A stretch of 64,000 nucleotides of DNA from Octopus sinensis (taxonomy: Eukaryota): contig NC_043007.1 in assembly GCF_006345805.1 (NCBI RefSeq), forward strand, positions 60,512,001 to 60,576,000. The letters run 5' to 3'. Below the pieces are notes generated by a model. That model did no database searches. It was given only the letters and a program-made list of their open reading frames with translations, and had not been told where the DNA came from. This document shows positions 24,101 to 34,550 of the stretch, in pieces. The position numbers and the translations under genes were made by a program. Positions within the stretch are counted from its first letter, which is position 1; every line of letters starts with the position of its first letter.

Positions 24101-24673
24101 GTTTTGGCATTTATAAGCAGCCCTCTTTCCCTCTTTCTGGCGAGGATGTAGTCAATCTGACTAGTGTGTCTGCCAGAACGGTAGGTGAGAGGTGGGTTTC
24201 CTGAAGTTGGTATTGCAAACCATAAGGTCATTTGCATCGCAGAACTCCAGCAGCCTGGTTCCCTCCTCATTTCGGGAGCCAAAACCGTAGCCTCCATGAA
24301 CGCCATGGAAGCCCCCGACATGCCGTCCAACATGTCCATTGAAATCACCTGCCACAAAGAGAAGGTCACTGTCATTTGTCAACAAGGTAGTCTGCAATAG
24401 GGTGTCGTAGAATTGGTCTTTCTGCGTTTCCGGTAGCCCTGCTTGAGGGGCATATGCCGAGATGATGGTAGCTGACCTATGGTGAAGCACTAATCTAATC
24501 TTAAGTACTCTATCACTTACTCTGACTACCTCGATTACCTTATCTACCCATTTCTCCGCAAGAAGTATACCCACGCCCCCGACCCCGTCAGTGTTCCCTG
24601 CCCAGAAAATCTTGTACCTGTGTTCCTTGCCTGCGAGGAGCCTAGCAGAACCTCCTCTCCACCTTACTTCAAA
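21147..24673 (-). mobile_element. Young, slightly 5'-truncated RTE LINE (APE + RT + PHD finger + 3' UTR with (GAT)n tail), two frameshifts
   Basis: ORF pieces 24161-24685, 22387-24375 and 21746-22456 carry APE motifs (ISAYAPQ, AGDFNGH, QIDYIL), RT motifs (QGSVLSPLLF, LYADD) and a C4HC3 finger. The (CAT)n run at 21147-21163 on + is the tail. Confidence 0.95.
21314..21528. repeat. ~67-bp tandem repeat in the RTE 3' UTR (3 units plus a partial unit)
   Basis: Units begin ggtgc(t/a)ttttacgtgccacc at about 21315, 21378, 21447 and 21515. Confidence 0.85.
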
Positions 24674-24824
24674 TGACTGAAACAAGTAAAAGATAAAGAA
24701 TATATTAAATTCCTTTAGTCAGTTATAGTTTTCAGAAGAGTTCAAATTTTAATGAAAGTATAGACAAGGTATCAGTGGTTTTCTAAAATATAATCTGTAA
24801 CAGTTATTCATTTGTTTTATTTAG

Positions 24825-24892
24825 AAAAGCTACTTCTTATGATGTGAATACAAAGAAAGAACGCTTTGAAATTATACAGAAGTTTATTGAGG
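24825..24892 (+). CDS. NUMA1: NuMA-like coding exon 3: (I)KATSYDVNTKKERFEIIQKFIE(D)
   Basis: Acceptor tttgttttatttag, donor gtatgt at 24893, 68 nt, phase 2 to 1. Confidence 0.85.
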
Positions 24893-25399
24893 GTATGTTG
24901 TTTTACTATATTCTTTATTGTTGTAGTTTTTTGACTCAGTTATTTTGTGATTGTTTCAGTTTGATAAGTATTGTTAGACTATTTTATAGAGATCATGTAT
25001 CCCAGGGAAGGAAACTAAATGAAAAGGTGACACTGGGGAGTGTTCAGATGTTCAGTTTAAAGTCACATAAATACCTCCAGTTCACAAAAAAGCATTGAAC
25101 TATATCCTTTAAGGAACATAAATTTTGCTTACTTTGTCCTTCTACATTATGAATGCATAACAACTGCTTTTTGATAGTTGCTCCTTTAGGGAAATCAGCA
25201 GATCACCACTCTCCTTTTGCAATCTCAGGAAGTCACCCACTCAACCTCTCCAGTCACTGGCCTGCTCACTGTCACTTTTCTCTATGTCTCACTCTCCACT
25301 GAGGCAGTCATGTTTCCCTAGAATGCAAGATTCCTTTATCTGTCTCTCAAGCCTACTCCCACCTCAGTTGAGGGGGTTTTGTCTTGCAAGTTACTTTGT

Positions 25400-26010
25400 G
25401 ATCTAACTGTTGCTGGTGCCACATAAAAATCACACAGTGCACTCTGTAAAGTGGTTGATGTTAGGAAAGACATCTAGCTATAGAAACCATGCCAAAGCAG
25501 ACAGCAGGAATTGGTGACTTGCCAATTTCTGTGGATCCATTCAATCCATGCCAGAATGGAAAACAGATGTTGAATGATGATGGACATATAATACTATTCA
25601 TATTTTTAAAAAATTTGTTGGCCTCACAGAGGTGAAGTGGCTGAGTGCCTTTCAAGTGTTAGACCTCACAGCGGCAGTGACTGAGACCTTTGACATTATA
25701 TTGTGCTTTAGCACAATCGCAGTCAAGCTGAGCAAAATCGCAATCGTAGCACATACCGGTGTCACACAAATTGGCACCCATGCCAGTGGCACATAAACGC
25801 ACCCCAGTGTCATACAAATGGCACCTGTGCCAGTAGCACATAAAAGCACCCATTACACTTTCAGAGTGATTGGCGTTAGGAAGGGCATCCAGCCATAGAA
25901 AACCATGCCAAATTAGACTGGAGTCTGGTGCAGTCTTCCAGTGTGCCAGCCCAGTCAGACCGACCAACACATGCCAGCATGGATAATGGACATTAAATGA
26001 TGATGATGAA
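25400..26010 (+). mobile_element. Two short RTE-tail elements (truncated RTE or RTE-mobilised SINE)
   Basis: ggaagggcatccagccatagaaaaccatgcc...catgccagcatgga...aatgatgatgatg matches the 3' end of the 21147 RTE. Confidence 0.75.
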
Positions 26011-26334
26011 GAAGTATCATATTTACTACCATAGATAAAAATGAATGTAATGAGATCAAAACACCTTTTTAATATTGATATCAAATTTTGGCACAAGGCC
26101 AGTAATTTCGGGGAAGTGGGTTAAGTTGATTACATCAATCCCAGTACTCAACTGGTTCTTATTTTATCAACCCCGAAAGAATGAAAAGCAAAGTCAACCT
26201 TGGCAGAATTTGAACTCAGAATGTGAAGATGGATGAATGTCTTTAGTTAATACTAATCCTAGATGATGATCTTCTAATTTTACTCCTTGTTCTTGCTGGC
26301 ATGACTAACTGAGAAACAATGTCTTCGTTTCTAG

Positions 26335-26402
26335 ATAAATATGATTATAAACTTGTTGAGCAAGTAAATTTTGACAAAGATAATGAACTGGATTTTGCCA
26401 AG
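26335..26402 (+). CDS. NUMA1: NuMA-like coding exon 4: (D)KYDYKLVEQVNFDKDNELDFAK
   Basis: Acceptor cttcgtttctag, donor gtaagc at 26403, 68 nt, phase 1 to 0. Confidence 0.88.
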
Positions 26403-26410
26403 GTAAGCTA

Positions 26411-27083
26411 TGTAAGGATATCATTGGTCTATATACCGTTTGTATCCACATATTTATGTACAAGTGTTATTTTAAATGCTCAACCAGCAACTAGCACAGG
26501 TTCCAACATAGCACTATTCATGAATTACTTCACTATGCTTAACAGCGAATACACATCCTGTGAGAACTCCTGTACAAGTAACCCAGGCAGCAGCATTGCA
26601 GCTACAACTTCGTATGGCACGTACCACAACTGTCTCTGCATCAACACCACAACTTCTTGATACAGCATTTCTATTATCATGTACAATTAACTACAAACTG
26701 GTAGTTCTCATTCTTGTGTCTATGAACATTCGTTTAACTTCTCGTTACAGACTCTCTCACTGTTTCTTCCTCATTGTTATTCTTATATGTACTTAACGCA
26801 CATGCATACATCCATGTCTATGCACTTAGTTCTCATGACAGCCTGTCTATTATTCTCTATACATGACTCACACACAGACACGCAGGTTGACATATCAAAT
26901 AAAACTTCTCTAAAACATTCTATTCTGTTGTGTCTCTCTCTTTCCCCACTGGCATATATGCATTATTCCAGCCTTCTGAACGGAGTTGTTATTAGATGGT
27001 TTCACTACCTGAGACCACAACCTCTCTATAATGGTAAACCCAACATTCTAGATCATCATTCCTTCTAAAATGGTGACTCTACA
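26411..27083. mobile_element. Candidate solo LTR (TGTA...TACA)
   Basis: Begins tgtaagg and ends ctctaca. Composition resembles the LTR at 39083-39473. No TSD found. Confidence 0.4.
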
Positions 27084-27143
27084 TAGAACATGCACCACCG
27101 ACCATCTAATGTATTGTTGCTGTATATATACATAATGTGAAGA

Positions 27144-27410
27144 TGCATGGCCTAGTGGTTAAGGTGTTGCATTCATAATTGTAAGATCATAGTTTTAATT
27201 CCCAGGTCAGGCAATGTGTTGTGTTCTTGAGCAAAAAGCTTCATTTCACATTGGTCCTGTCCACTCAGCAGTAAATGAGTCCCATCAATAGCTGGGAAGT
27301 TAACTCTGCAAAGAAACGGTGTCCCATTCAATGGAGAATGATGTAATCTTTATCGCATATATACCATGGAAACCACATTAAGCTCCAGCCTTATGAGTCT
27401 TAGGATTCAA
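27144..27410 (+). mobile_element. tRNA-derived SINE (second family)
   Basis: Head gcatggcctagtggttaaggtgttg (A box) ... gttttaattccc (B-box-like), followed by body ttcttgagcaa...ccactcagc. Confidence 0.65.
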
Positions 27411-27499
27411 CCTCATTGAGGAGATGACGAGAAACTGAGACTTATGGTATTGTGTTGTGCTTGAGAAGCTAAGTAAAACTGTGGCCATCCATGCATACA

Positions 27500-27879
27500 G
27501 GCATGTCCTTTACAACCTGTGCTAGCACAATGTAAAAAGCACCCATGCTGGTGCCGCATAAAAAGCACTTAGTCATGTAAAATGCACTTGTGCCAGTGCC
27601 ACATAATAAGTACTTGTGCTGATGCCACATAAATAGCACTCATGCCAGCACCAAGTGTAAAGAACACATGTTGGCACCATGTAAGAGTACCCATGCTGGT
27701 GCTATGCAAAAGCACCCAGCAGACTCTGTAAAGTAGTTGTCATTAGGAAGGGTGTCCAGCCATAGAAAACATGCCAAAACTGACAAATCATGTATGGGCA
27801 ACTCTCCAACTGGCCAGCTCCTGTCAAACCGTCCAACCCATGCCAGCATGGAAAACTGACATTAAATGATGATGATGAT
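27500..27879 (+). mobile_element. RTE-tail element ending ~70 nt upstream of exon 5 acceptor
   Basis: Repeated aaaagcac units, then ttaggaagggtgtccagccatagaaaacatgcc...attaaatgatgatgatg. Confidence 0.8.
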
Positions 27880-27951
27880 ATATTACTAGCTTGCAGTGAA
27901 TGTTTTTGTTAAATCAAAAGTTGATTGTATTCTGTAATTGGATTATTTCAG

Positions 27952-28126
27952 ATTGCTGTTCTTGTGTTGGCAGCTGGGGTAAAAGGGGGACCTCAGGAAG
28001 AATTCATGAAGGCAGCACTCTCATTGAATGAGCAGTCACAATTAGAGATAATGAGCATCTTAAAGCAAGCCTTAAATCTTCCTTTATATAATTTTCAACT
28101 AGATAATCTCTTCACCCATAAACATT
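27952..28126 (+). CDS. NUMA1: NuMA-like coding exon 5: IAVLVLAAGVKGGPQEEFMKAALSLNEQSQLEIMSILKQALNLPLYNFQLDNLFTHKH(L)
   Basis: Acceptor attatttcag, donor gtgagt at 28127, 175 nt, phase 0 to 1. Encodes the C-terminal helices of the Hook domain. Confidence 0.9.
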
Positions 28127-28621
28127 GTGAGTAATTTTTATGTCTTTTTCATTTTTGGCTCAATTTCCATCTATAGATATATTTTCCATCATATCATTTC
28201 TTCACATAGTGGGAAGGGCATGAACTTAGAAAGGATTTCTATGACTGTATAATAAGAAAAAATAATGAATATTTGTAGATATCTAATTCCCAACAGATTT
28301 ATCAGTTTCATTAAGCTTCTATATAGCTAAGTTTTTTGATGAACACTTCATAAAACATGAAAATATATGTGAATAATCATGGCATAATCATTAGCAACAC
28401 AATTATTTTGTGTGAATTCTTACTGCAAGCACTAGGAATTAAAAAACTATATGTCCTCATTGGAACCTCAAAGCAGTCTCTTACTCCACTTAAAAATAAC
28501 AACTATATCTCCCTCAAATCCAGCCAACTGCCTAAAAAACAAAAAAAAACAAAAAAAAAACATTAATAATGTAATTCAAAACACATTATACTTAACAAAC
28601 AGATTGATCTTGGCTTCAATA

Positions 28622-29825
28622 TGAGGATGGGTTGAAAAGTTCATAGGCTGACTATGAAGAAGTGATGCTAAAGCTGTGATATCTTGCATGCATTAATTTC
28701 AACTCTCTTATTAATAACTGTATTGTTTCTTTCCAGGTAAACTGACATCTCACTATTCAAAGAAGACTTCAGAAGTAACTAGTAGTGACTTCTCTTAAAA
28801 ATCAACAAAATTTGGCACCATGGTGTTATCAAGCAGAAAAAGGCATTTAACTCCCAAAGAGATTCATACTGACATGGTTGCTACATTAGGGGATGACACA
28901 GGGAAACAGGGAGTCTTGAAAATGACCTGTAACTACCATCCTGTAACTACCATCACCAAGGAAAACATTGTTCATGTTCACTACATGGTGATTAACTATA
29001 AATCAAATAGCCAATGCTATTAGCATATCCCATGAGAGGGTTGAGAATGTGCTGCGCAATGAACTTGGCATGATGAAGGTTTCTATTTGGTGAGTGCCGT
29101 GTCTTCTGACACCTGATCAAAAGTGCACCAGGCTGATGACATCACAAGAAAATCTGAGACATTGTTTGAGACAGATCCAGCTGGTTTCCACAAACATTTC
29201 CTAACCCAGGATGAGTGTTGTGTTCATGACTTTGAACCAGAGACAAAGAGACAATGTATTCAGTGGAAACACCTCTCCTGCTCCAAAGAAAGCCAAGATT
29301 GTTTCACCCACAGGGTAGGTGATGGTCTCAGTTTTTTGGGATGCAAAGGGCATTGTGTTTATTGTCTATTTTCAAAAGAGTCAATAGAGAATACTCTGCC
29401 AAGTTGCCAAAGAAGTTATGAAAGGTTATCAAGACCAAATGTCCAGGAAAACTGCAGAAAGGATCTTGTTTCCTCATGACAATGCTCCAGCATTGATTTC
29501 AATGGTTCTTGTGCATGACTGTGGCTTTGAACTGGCTTATCACCCTCCTTATTCTTCTGAATTGGTGCCATCTGTGTATCATCTGTTCCTCAACATGAAA
29601 AATCACTTGGCTGGAAACCAGTATCGCAGTGATGATGACATCATCTGTTGATAACTTTTTTGAGCAACTGGATGAAAGCTACTTCACTAAAGGGATCCAA
29701 GCACTGTAGCACTGATGGAAGAAGGGTGTGAAGTGCAAGGGGAACTATATTTAAAGATAAATCTCATTTGGTCACATTCCATGAGAGTATCTTAGTCAGC
29801 CTATGAACTTTTCAGCCGATTCTTG
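28622..29825 (+). mobile_element. Full-span decayed mariner with TIRs and TA flanks
   Basis: 5' TGAGGATGGGTTGAAAAGTTCATAGGCTGAC and 3' GTCAGCCTATGAACTTTTCAGCCGATTCTTG. Remnants FLTQDECCVH, FPHDNAPA and HPPYSSELVPSVYHLF. Confidence 0.9.
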
Positions 29826-30064
29826 TACCTGATTATAGATCTGACTGATCAGTACTCCAACTTCTATCAAAGATGTAATTTTATTAATTTTATACCAAAA
29901 GCAAATCTATATGAGCAAAATCTATTCTTGTGTTCTTGACCAACATTGTGTATACTTAAATCAGATGACTTTTAGTTGAGATAAAAACTATCTATTGGTG
30001 ATATAGAGTTACATCATTACATCTCATGATTTCTGTATTAATCTGTCATTTTATAATTTTCCAG

Positions 30065-30100
30065 TGGAAATCTTTGACTCAGAGAATAATGAACATTCAG
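30065..30100 (+). CDS. NUMA1: NuMA-like coding exon 6 (36-nt micro-exon): (L)EIFDSENNEHS(E)
   Basis: Acceptor ttataattttccag, donor gtcagt at 30101, phase 1 to 1, open frame. Confidence 0.72.
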
Positions 30101-30136
30101 GTCAGTTTATTGCCTATATTAGAATCTAATTATATT

Positions 30137-31012
30137 ATCATCATCAGCAGCAGCATCATTTAACTTCCATTGGATGGTTTGACTAGGGCTGGTAAGCTAA
30201 AGGGCTGCACCAGACTCCAGTCTGATTTGGCATGGTTTCTATGGCTGGATACCCTTCCTAACACCAACCACTCCGATGTGTAAAGGGTGCTTTTAACATG
30301 TCACTGGCATGGGTGCTAGTTGTGTGACACCAGCATTTATCTTTGTCACTATGAGGCCCAATGCTCAATAAGTGCTTTTTACGTGCCACCAGCACAAGAG
30401 TTAGTTACATGACTCCGGCATCAGTCACATTGCCTTCATGAGTCCCAATGCTCGAAAGGTGCTTTTCATGTGCCACCAGCATGGGTGCTATCAACCACAA
30501 CTACAATTTCACTTGGCTTGATGGATCTTCTCAAGCATGGCATATCACCAAATGTCTCAGTCATTAGTCATTACCGCCATAAGGCCCAACATTCAAAGAT
30601 CATGCTTCACCACCTTGTCCCATGTCTTGGATCTACCTCTTTCACAGGTTCCCTCCACAGTTAGAGATCAGCACTTCTTTACACAGCTGTCCTCGTCCAC
30701 ACATATCACATGACCATATCAGCACAGTCATCTCTTGCACACCACATCAGATGCCTCTTATGCCCAACTTTTTTCTCAAGATGCTCATACTCTATCATAC
30801 ATGCACACTGACATTGCACATCCAACAAAGATGCTAGCTTCATTTCTTACAAACCTATGCATGTCCTCAGCAGTCACAGCCCATGTTTCACTGCCATATA
30901 GCATAGTTGTACATACACGGGCATCATACAATCTGCCTTTCACTCTGAGTGAGAGGTCCTTTGTTGCCAAGAGGTAGAAGCTCTTTGAACTTTGCCCAGT
31001 TTATTTCTGTGA
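30137..31012 (-). mobile_element. 5'-truncated decayed RTE (C-terminus and tail) starting ~36 nt after exon 6 donor
   Basis: KDLSLRVKGRLYDA...LYGSETWAVTAEDM matches the 21746-22456 ORF. Confidence 0.88.
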
Positions 31013-32481
31013 AATATTAGAAATCTTTTGAACTGTTATTTGTCATGATTTATTAACAAATCAAAGGACTATTAGGAAAATTCTTGAAACATGTGCTACT
31101 ACTGGGCAAGATGATGTCCATTAAAGAAAACTTTTAATCTCAACTTGCAGTCACAATATGGAAAATTATAACCATACTGCAATAATCAATGTGTACTCTT
31201 AATAATAACCAAGTCAATATAAGAAATCATAGCTGAACTGTTATAATTATGATCAATGTATGTTCCAATAATAACTTTTTAAATCAGGTGAGAACTGAAA
31301 ATAAAGCAAATTTGTTTGTCCCATCTTTCATGGTATGAAAATGTCATGTAAATGGAATGGCCAACTATGACAGAAAAGAAGAGTGTGATTGACTTGAAAC
31401 ATAGGGAAATAAAAACTGATGAGGCCAACTTCATATATATATATATATATATATATATAGGTGATGAGATAGAAAACAGGATTGAGAGGAATGATAACAT
31501 ACTGTACTGAAAACCTGTCTAACACCAAATAGCAGTTGCTAAAATGTTAAAATGACGATTATGATGAGGTATAAATACTATATTTATGTGTGTGTATACA
31601 AGAAAATAAGTTTTTCTTTCTTTTTTTTTTTCACACTATATGTAGGCACAGGCATGGCTGTGTGGTAAGAAGCTTGCTTCCCAATCATGTGGTTTTGTGT
31701 TCAGACCCACTGTGCAGCACCTTGGGCAAGTGTCTTCCACTATAGCCCCAGGCCAACCAAAGCTTTGTGACTGAGTCTGGTAGATGGAAACTGAAAGAAG
31801 CCTGTTATATATATAGATGTTTGCTCATCACTATCACTTGACAATTGGTTTTGGCTTGTTTATGTCCCCATAACTTAGCAATTCAGCAAAAACAGACTGA
31901 TATGATATGGGCTTAAAAATAAGCATTGGGGTTGATTTATTCAACTAAACCCTTAGAGAATCATCAGCTTCAAATGAATAAATTCTCCCACCTATATTGA
32001 GTACATTTTCCACTATTTGTACAACCAAACCCTTCTCTGTCTTTATATATGTATAAATATGTATATGTATGACGAGTATATAGGGATAAATTATCCAGGT
32101 GGATACTGTAAGAGCTCTCAGGTATAGTCCAGGTTCTGGCTAGTCACAGCAAGTAGTAAGAAGCATCAAGGATTGTTTAGTAAGAGCAATCCCACTGTAA
32201 TTCTTCTGATGGGTAAATCAAGGTTCACTTTGCTAGATTATGAATGTTTTCAGGAGTGTATATCCAAATCAATTACAAAGAATACAGTGACTGGTACATC
32301 GTCAAACTTTTCTTTTAATTTAACAGTTAATTGTACAGCATAATTAGTTAAACTAACTAATTAACTAATTATCAATCTCTTGTACCAAACTGCTAAGTTA
32401 CAAGGACATAAACCAACACCAGTTGTATAGCAGTGGTGGAGGACAAATACATACACACACACACATGCATATATATATATA

Positions 32482-33904
32482 TTGAGTCATCCCATAAATA
32501 ATGCAGTTTTTTCAATTGCATGAACTAAAAGTTGGAGAGGAACGGGATAAACTACCTGCATCAACTTGCTATAAAAGCAGTTATTTAATTTTACATTGTT
32601 CTTATTCTTAATGTAAGTTTTGAAGAGTGCAGTTCGATTTTAACAGTTAGTTTTTCAAAACTATAATGGAAGTGACAAAGGAGCATATTCAGCATATTTT
32701 GCTTTATAAGTTCAGTAATGGCAACAATGCACCAGAGAGTGTTAAGAATATTAATGCAGTATTTGGAGGTCGGACAATAAGCGTAAGCCAGTTTCAATAG
32801 TGGTTCCAAAAATTCTGAACCGGAAACTACAGCCTAGAAGATGAGTCTCATCCTGGAAGATCTGTACAGCTCTACGAAGATGTCCTGCAAACCCTGGTGG
32901 AACAAAATTGCATCATAACTGTTGAGGAACTAGCAGAGAAGCTTGGATTTGGTCGATCAACCATTCATCGACACCTGTGTACCATTGGAAAAGTCAGCAA
33001 ATTGGGTTCCTCACAAACTTTCCGAGTCTAATCATATGCAGAGAGTGAATGTGTGCTCTTCTTTGCTGTCATGTCTCATGAATGAATCTTTTTTGGACCA
33101 AATAGTGACTGGTGATGAGAAATGGTTTCTATATAAAAATGTCAAGCACCGAAAACAGTGGATGGGGAAAGGAGAAACACCAGCACCCCTGGCTAAAGGT
33201 TTTCGCCCATGTAAGGTGTTATCTGTTTGGTGGGATATGAAAGGTTTAGTCTACTTTGAACTTTTAAACTCAAATCAAATGATATCAAAGGAGATCTACT
33301 GTGAGCAGCTTGAGAAGCTTAAGTGAGTGCTAGAAGATGGACGATCATCTTTAGTTTCAAGACAAAAGGTGTTCTTTTATTAGGATAATGCTCGGCCACA
33401 TACAGCGACGATGATATTCCAAAGGCTGGAGCAGTTTGAAAGAGAAACGATGCCCCACCCACCATATTCACCGGACATTGCCCCATCTGATTATCATTTA
33501 TTCCATAGTCTTCAAAATCATTTGGATGAAAAAAAAACATGAATTCTGTAGTACCTCATGGACAATTAAATTTTGGAAGAGGGACCTTGCAAATCTACCA
33601 GATAGATGGAAGAGCATTGTAGCAAATGAAGGAGAGTATACTTTAGATTAAGAAAGAACTTTGTTTATCTTATTTTGTTTTGGATTTGGTTTGCAAGATT
33701 CTTTATGTGAGTTTGTGTGTTGAAGCATATTCTGTTGTGTCTGGGGAGTCATTTTCTTTTTGTGTCTTATAATTTAACACACTCACCAGTAAAATTATAA
33801 GGCACAAAAAAAATGACTCTCCCCAGACACAACAGAATTTGTTTATCTTAATTTTGAAAAATAAAGAATTATAAAAAAACTTCATTATTTATGGGATGAC
33901 CCAA
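32482..33904 (+). mobile_element. Mariner element, family X copy 1
   Basis: TIRs TTGAGTCATCCCATAAATAATG / CATTATTTATGGGATGACCCAA. Remnants IVTGDEKW, DNARPH and HPPYSPDIAPSDYHLF. Confidence 0.92.
33729..33838. repeat. ~47-bp-arm hairpin inserted near the mariner 3' end
   Basis: attctgttgtgtctggggagtcatttt...ttataattt is inverted to aaattataaggcac...gactctccccagacacaacagaat. Confidence 0.85.
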
Positions 33905-34491
33905 TGCACACACACACACACATATATTTGAAAGAATGAATAGAAATGGCTTTTCTGATAATTTTTCCACTTTAATAATTAGATGTTTCTAAGTTTACAA
34001 ATGTGACTCTGATGGTCCCATGTTCTTGTGTGTGTATTTGTGTATATGTATGTGTACATCTCTCTCTCTATTTGTGCTTATGTAAAGGTATATGTATATG
34101 TGTGTGTGTTGGTGTTTGTATATGTGTATGCTTGTAATTAAACACTTTCTATTTAAGCAGTATATAAACTCTAACTTATCAGTTTGAAGACTGCTTTTAA
34201 GCAAGAAACTCCCATCAAAGTCATTTATAAACATCTAATTATTAAAGAGGAAAACTATCAGAAAATTCATTTCTATTCATTTTTTTCAAATATGTAATAC
34301 TGTACCAAGGACATTTTGTTTCTTATTCTACTACACACACGCACATACATGCACTAGCGTGGTGCATAATCACACAATAGGCTTCCAGAACCATGTGATT
34401 AGGAAGCAAACTTCTGACCACACAGTCATGTCTACATTTATTATATTTTATGTATATCTGTAAATTGTTTTTCATCTACCTTCTATTGTAG

Positions 34492-34550
34492 AGATGCCTT
34501 GTCATGACACTTCATGGTCATCAGACAAAAGTGCAATTCATGCAAACTAT
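34492..34550 (+). CDS. NUMA1: NuMA-like coding exon 7: (E)MPCHDTSWSSDKSAIHANY
   Basis: Acceptor ccttctattgtag, donor gtaagt at 34551, 59 nt, phase 1 to 0. Sits in the linker, so it has little sequence-similarity support. Confidence 0.65.

Noticed and set aside
26403-26660. Extension of ORF 26319-26660, and the hydrophobic tail of ORF 38949-39278, as protein
   Set aside because: Both run past strong donors into LTR-like intronic sequence.
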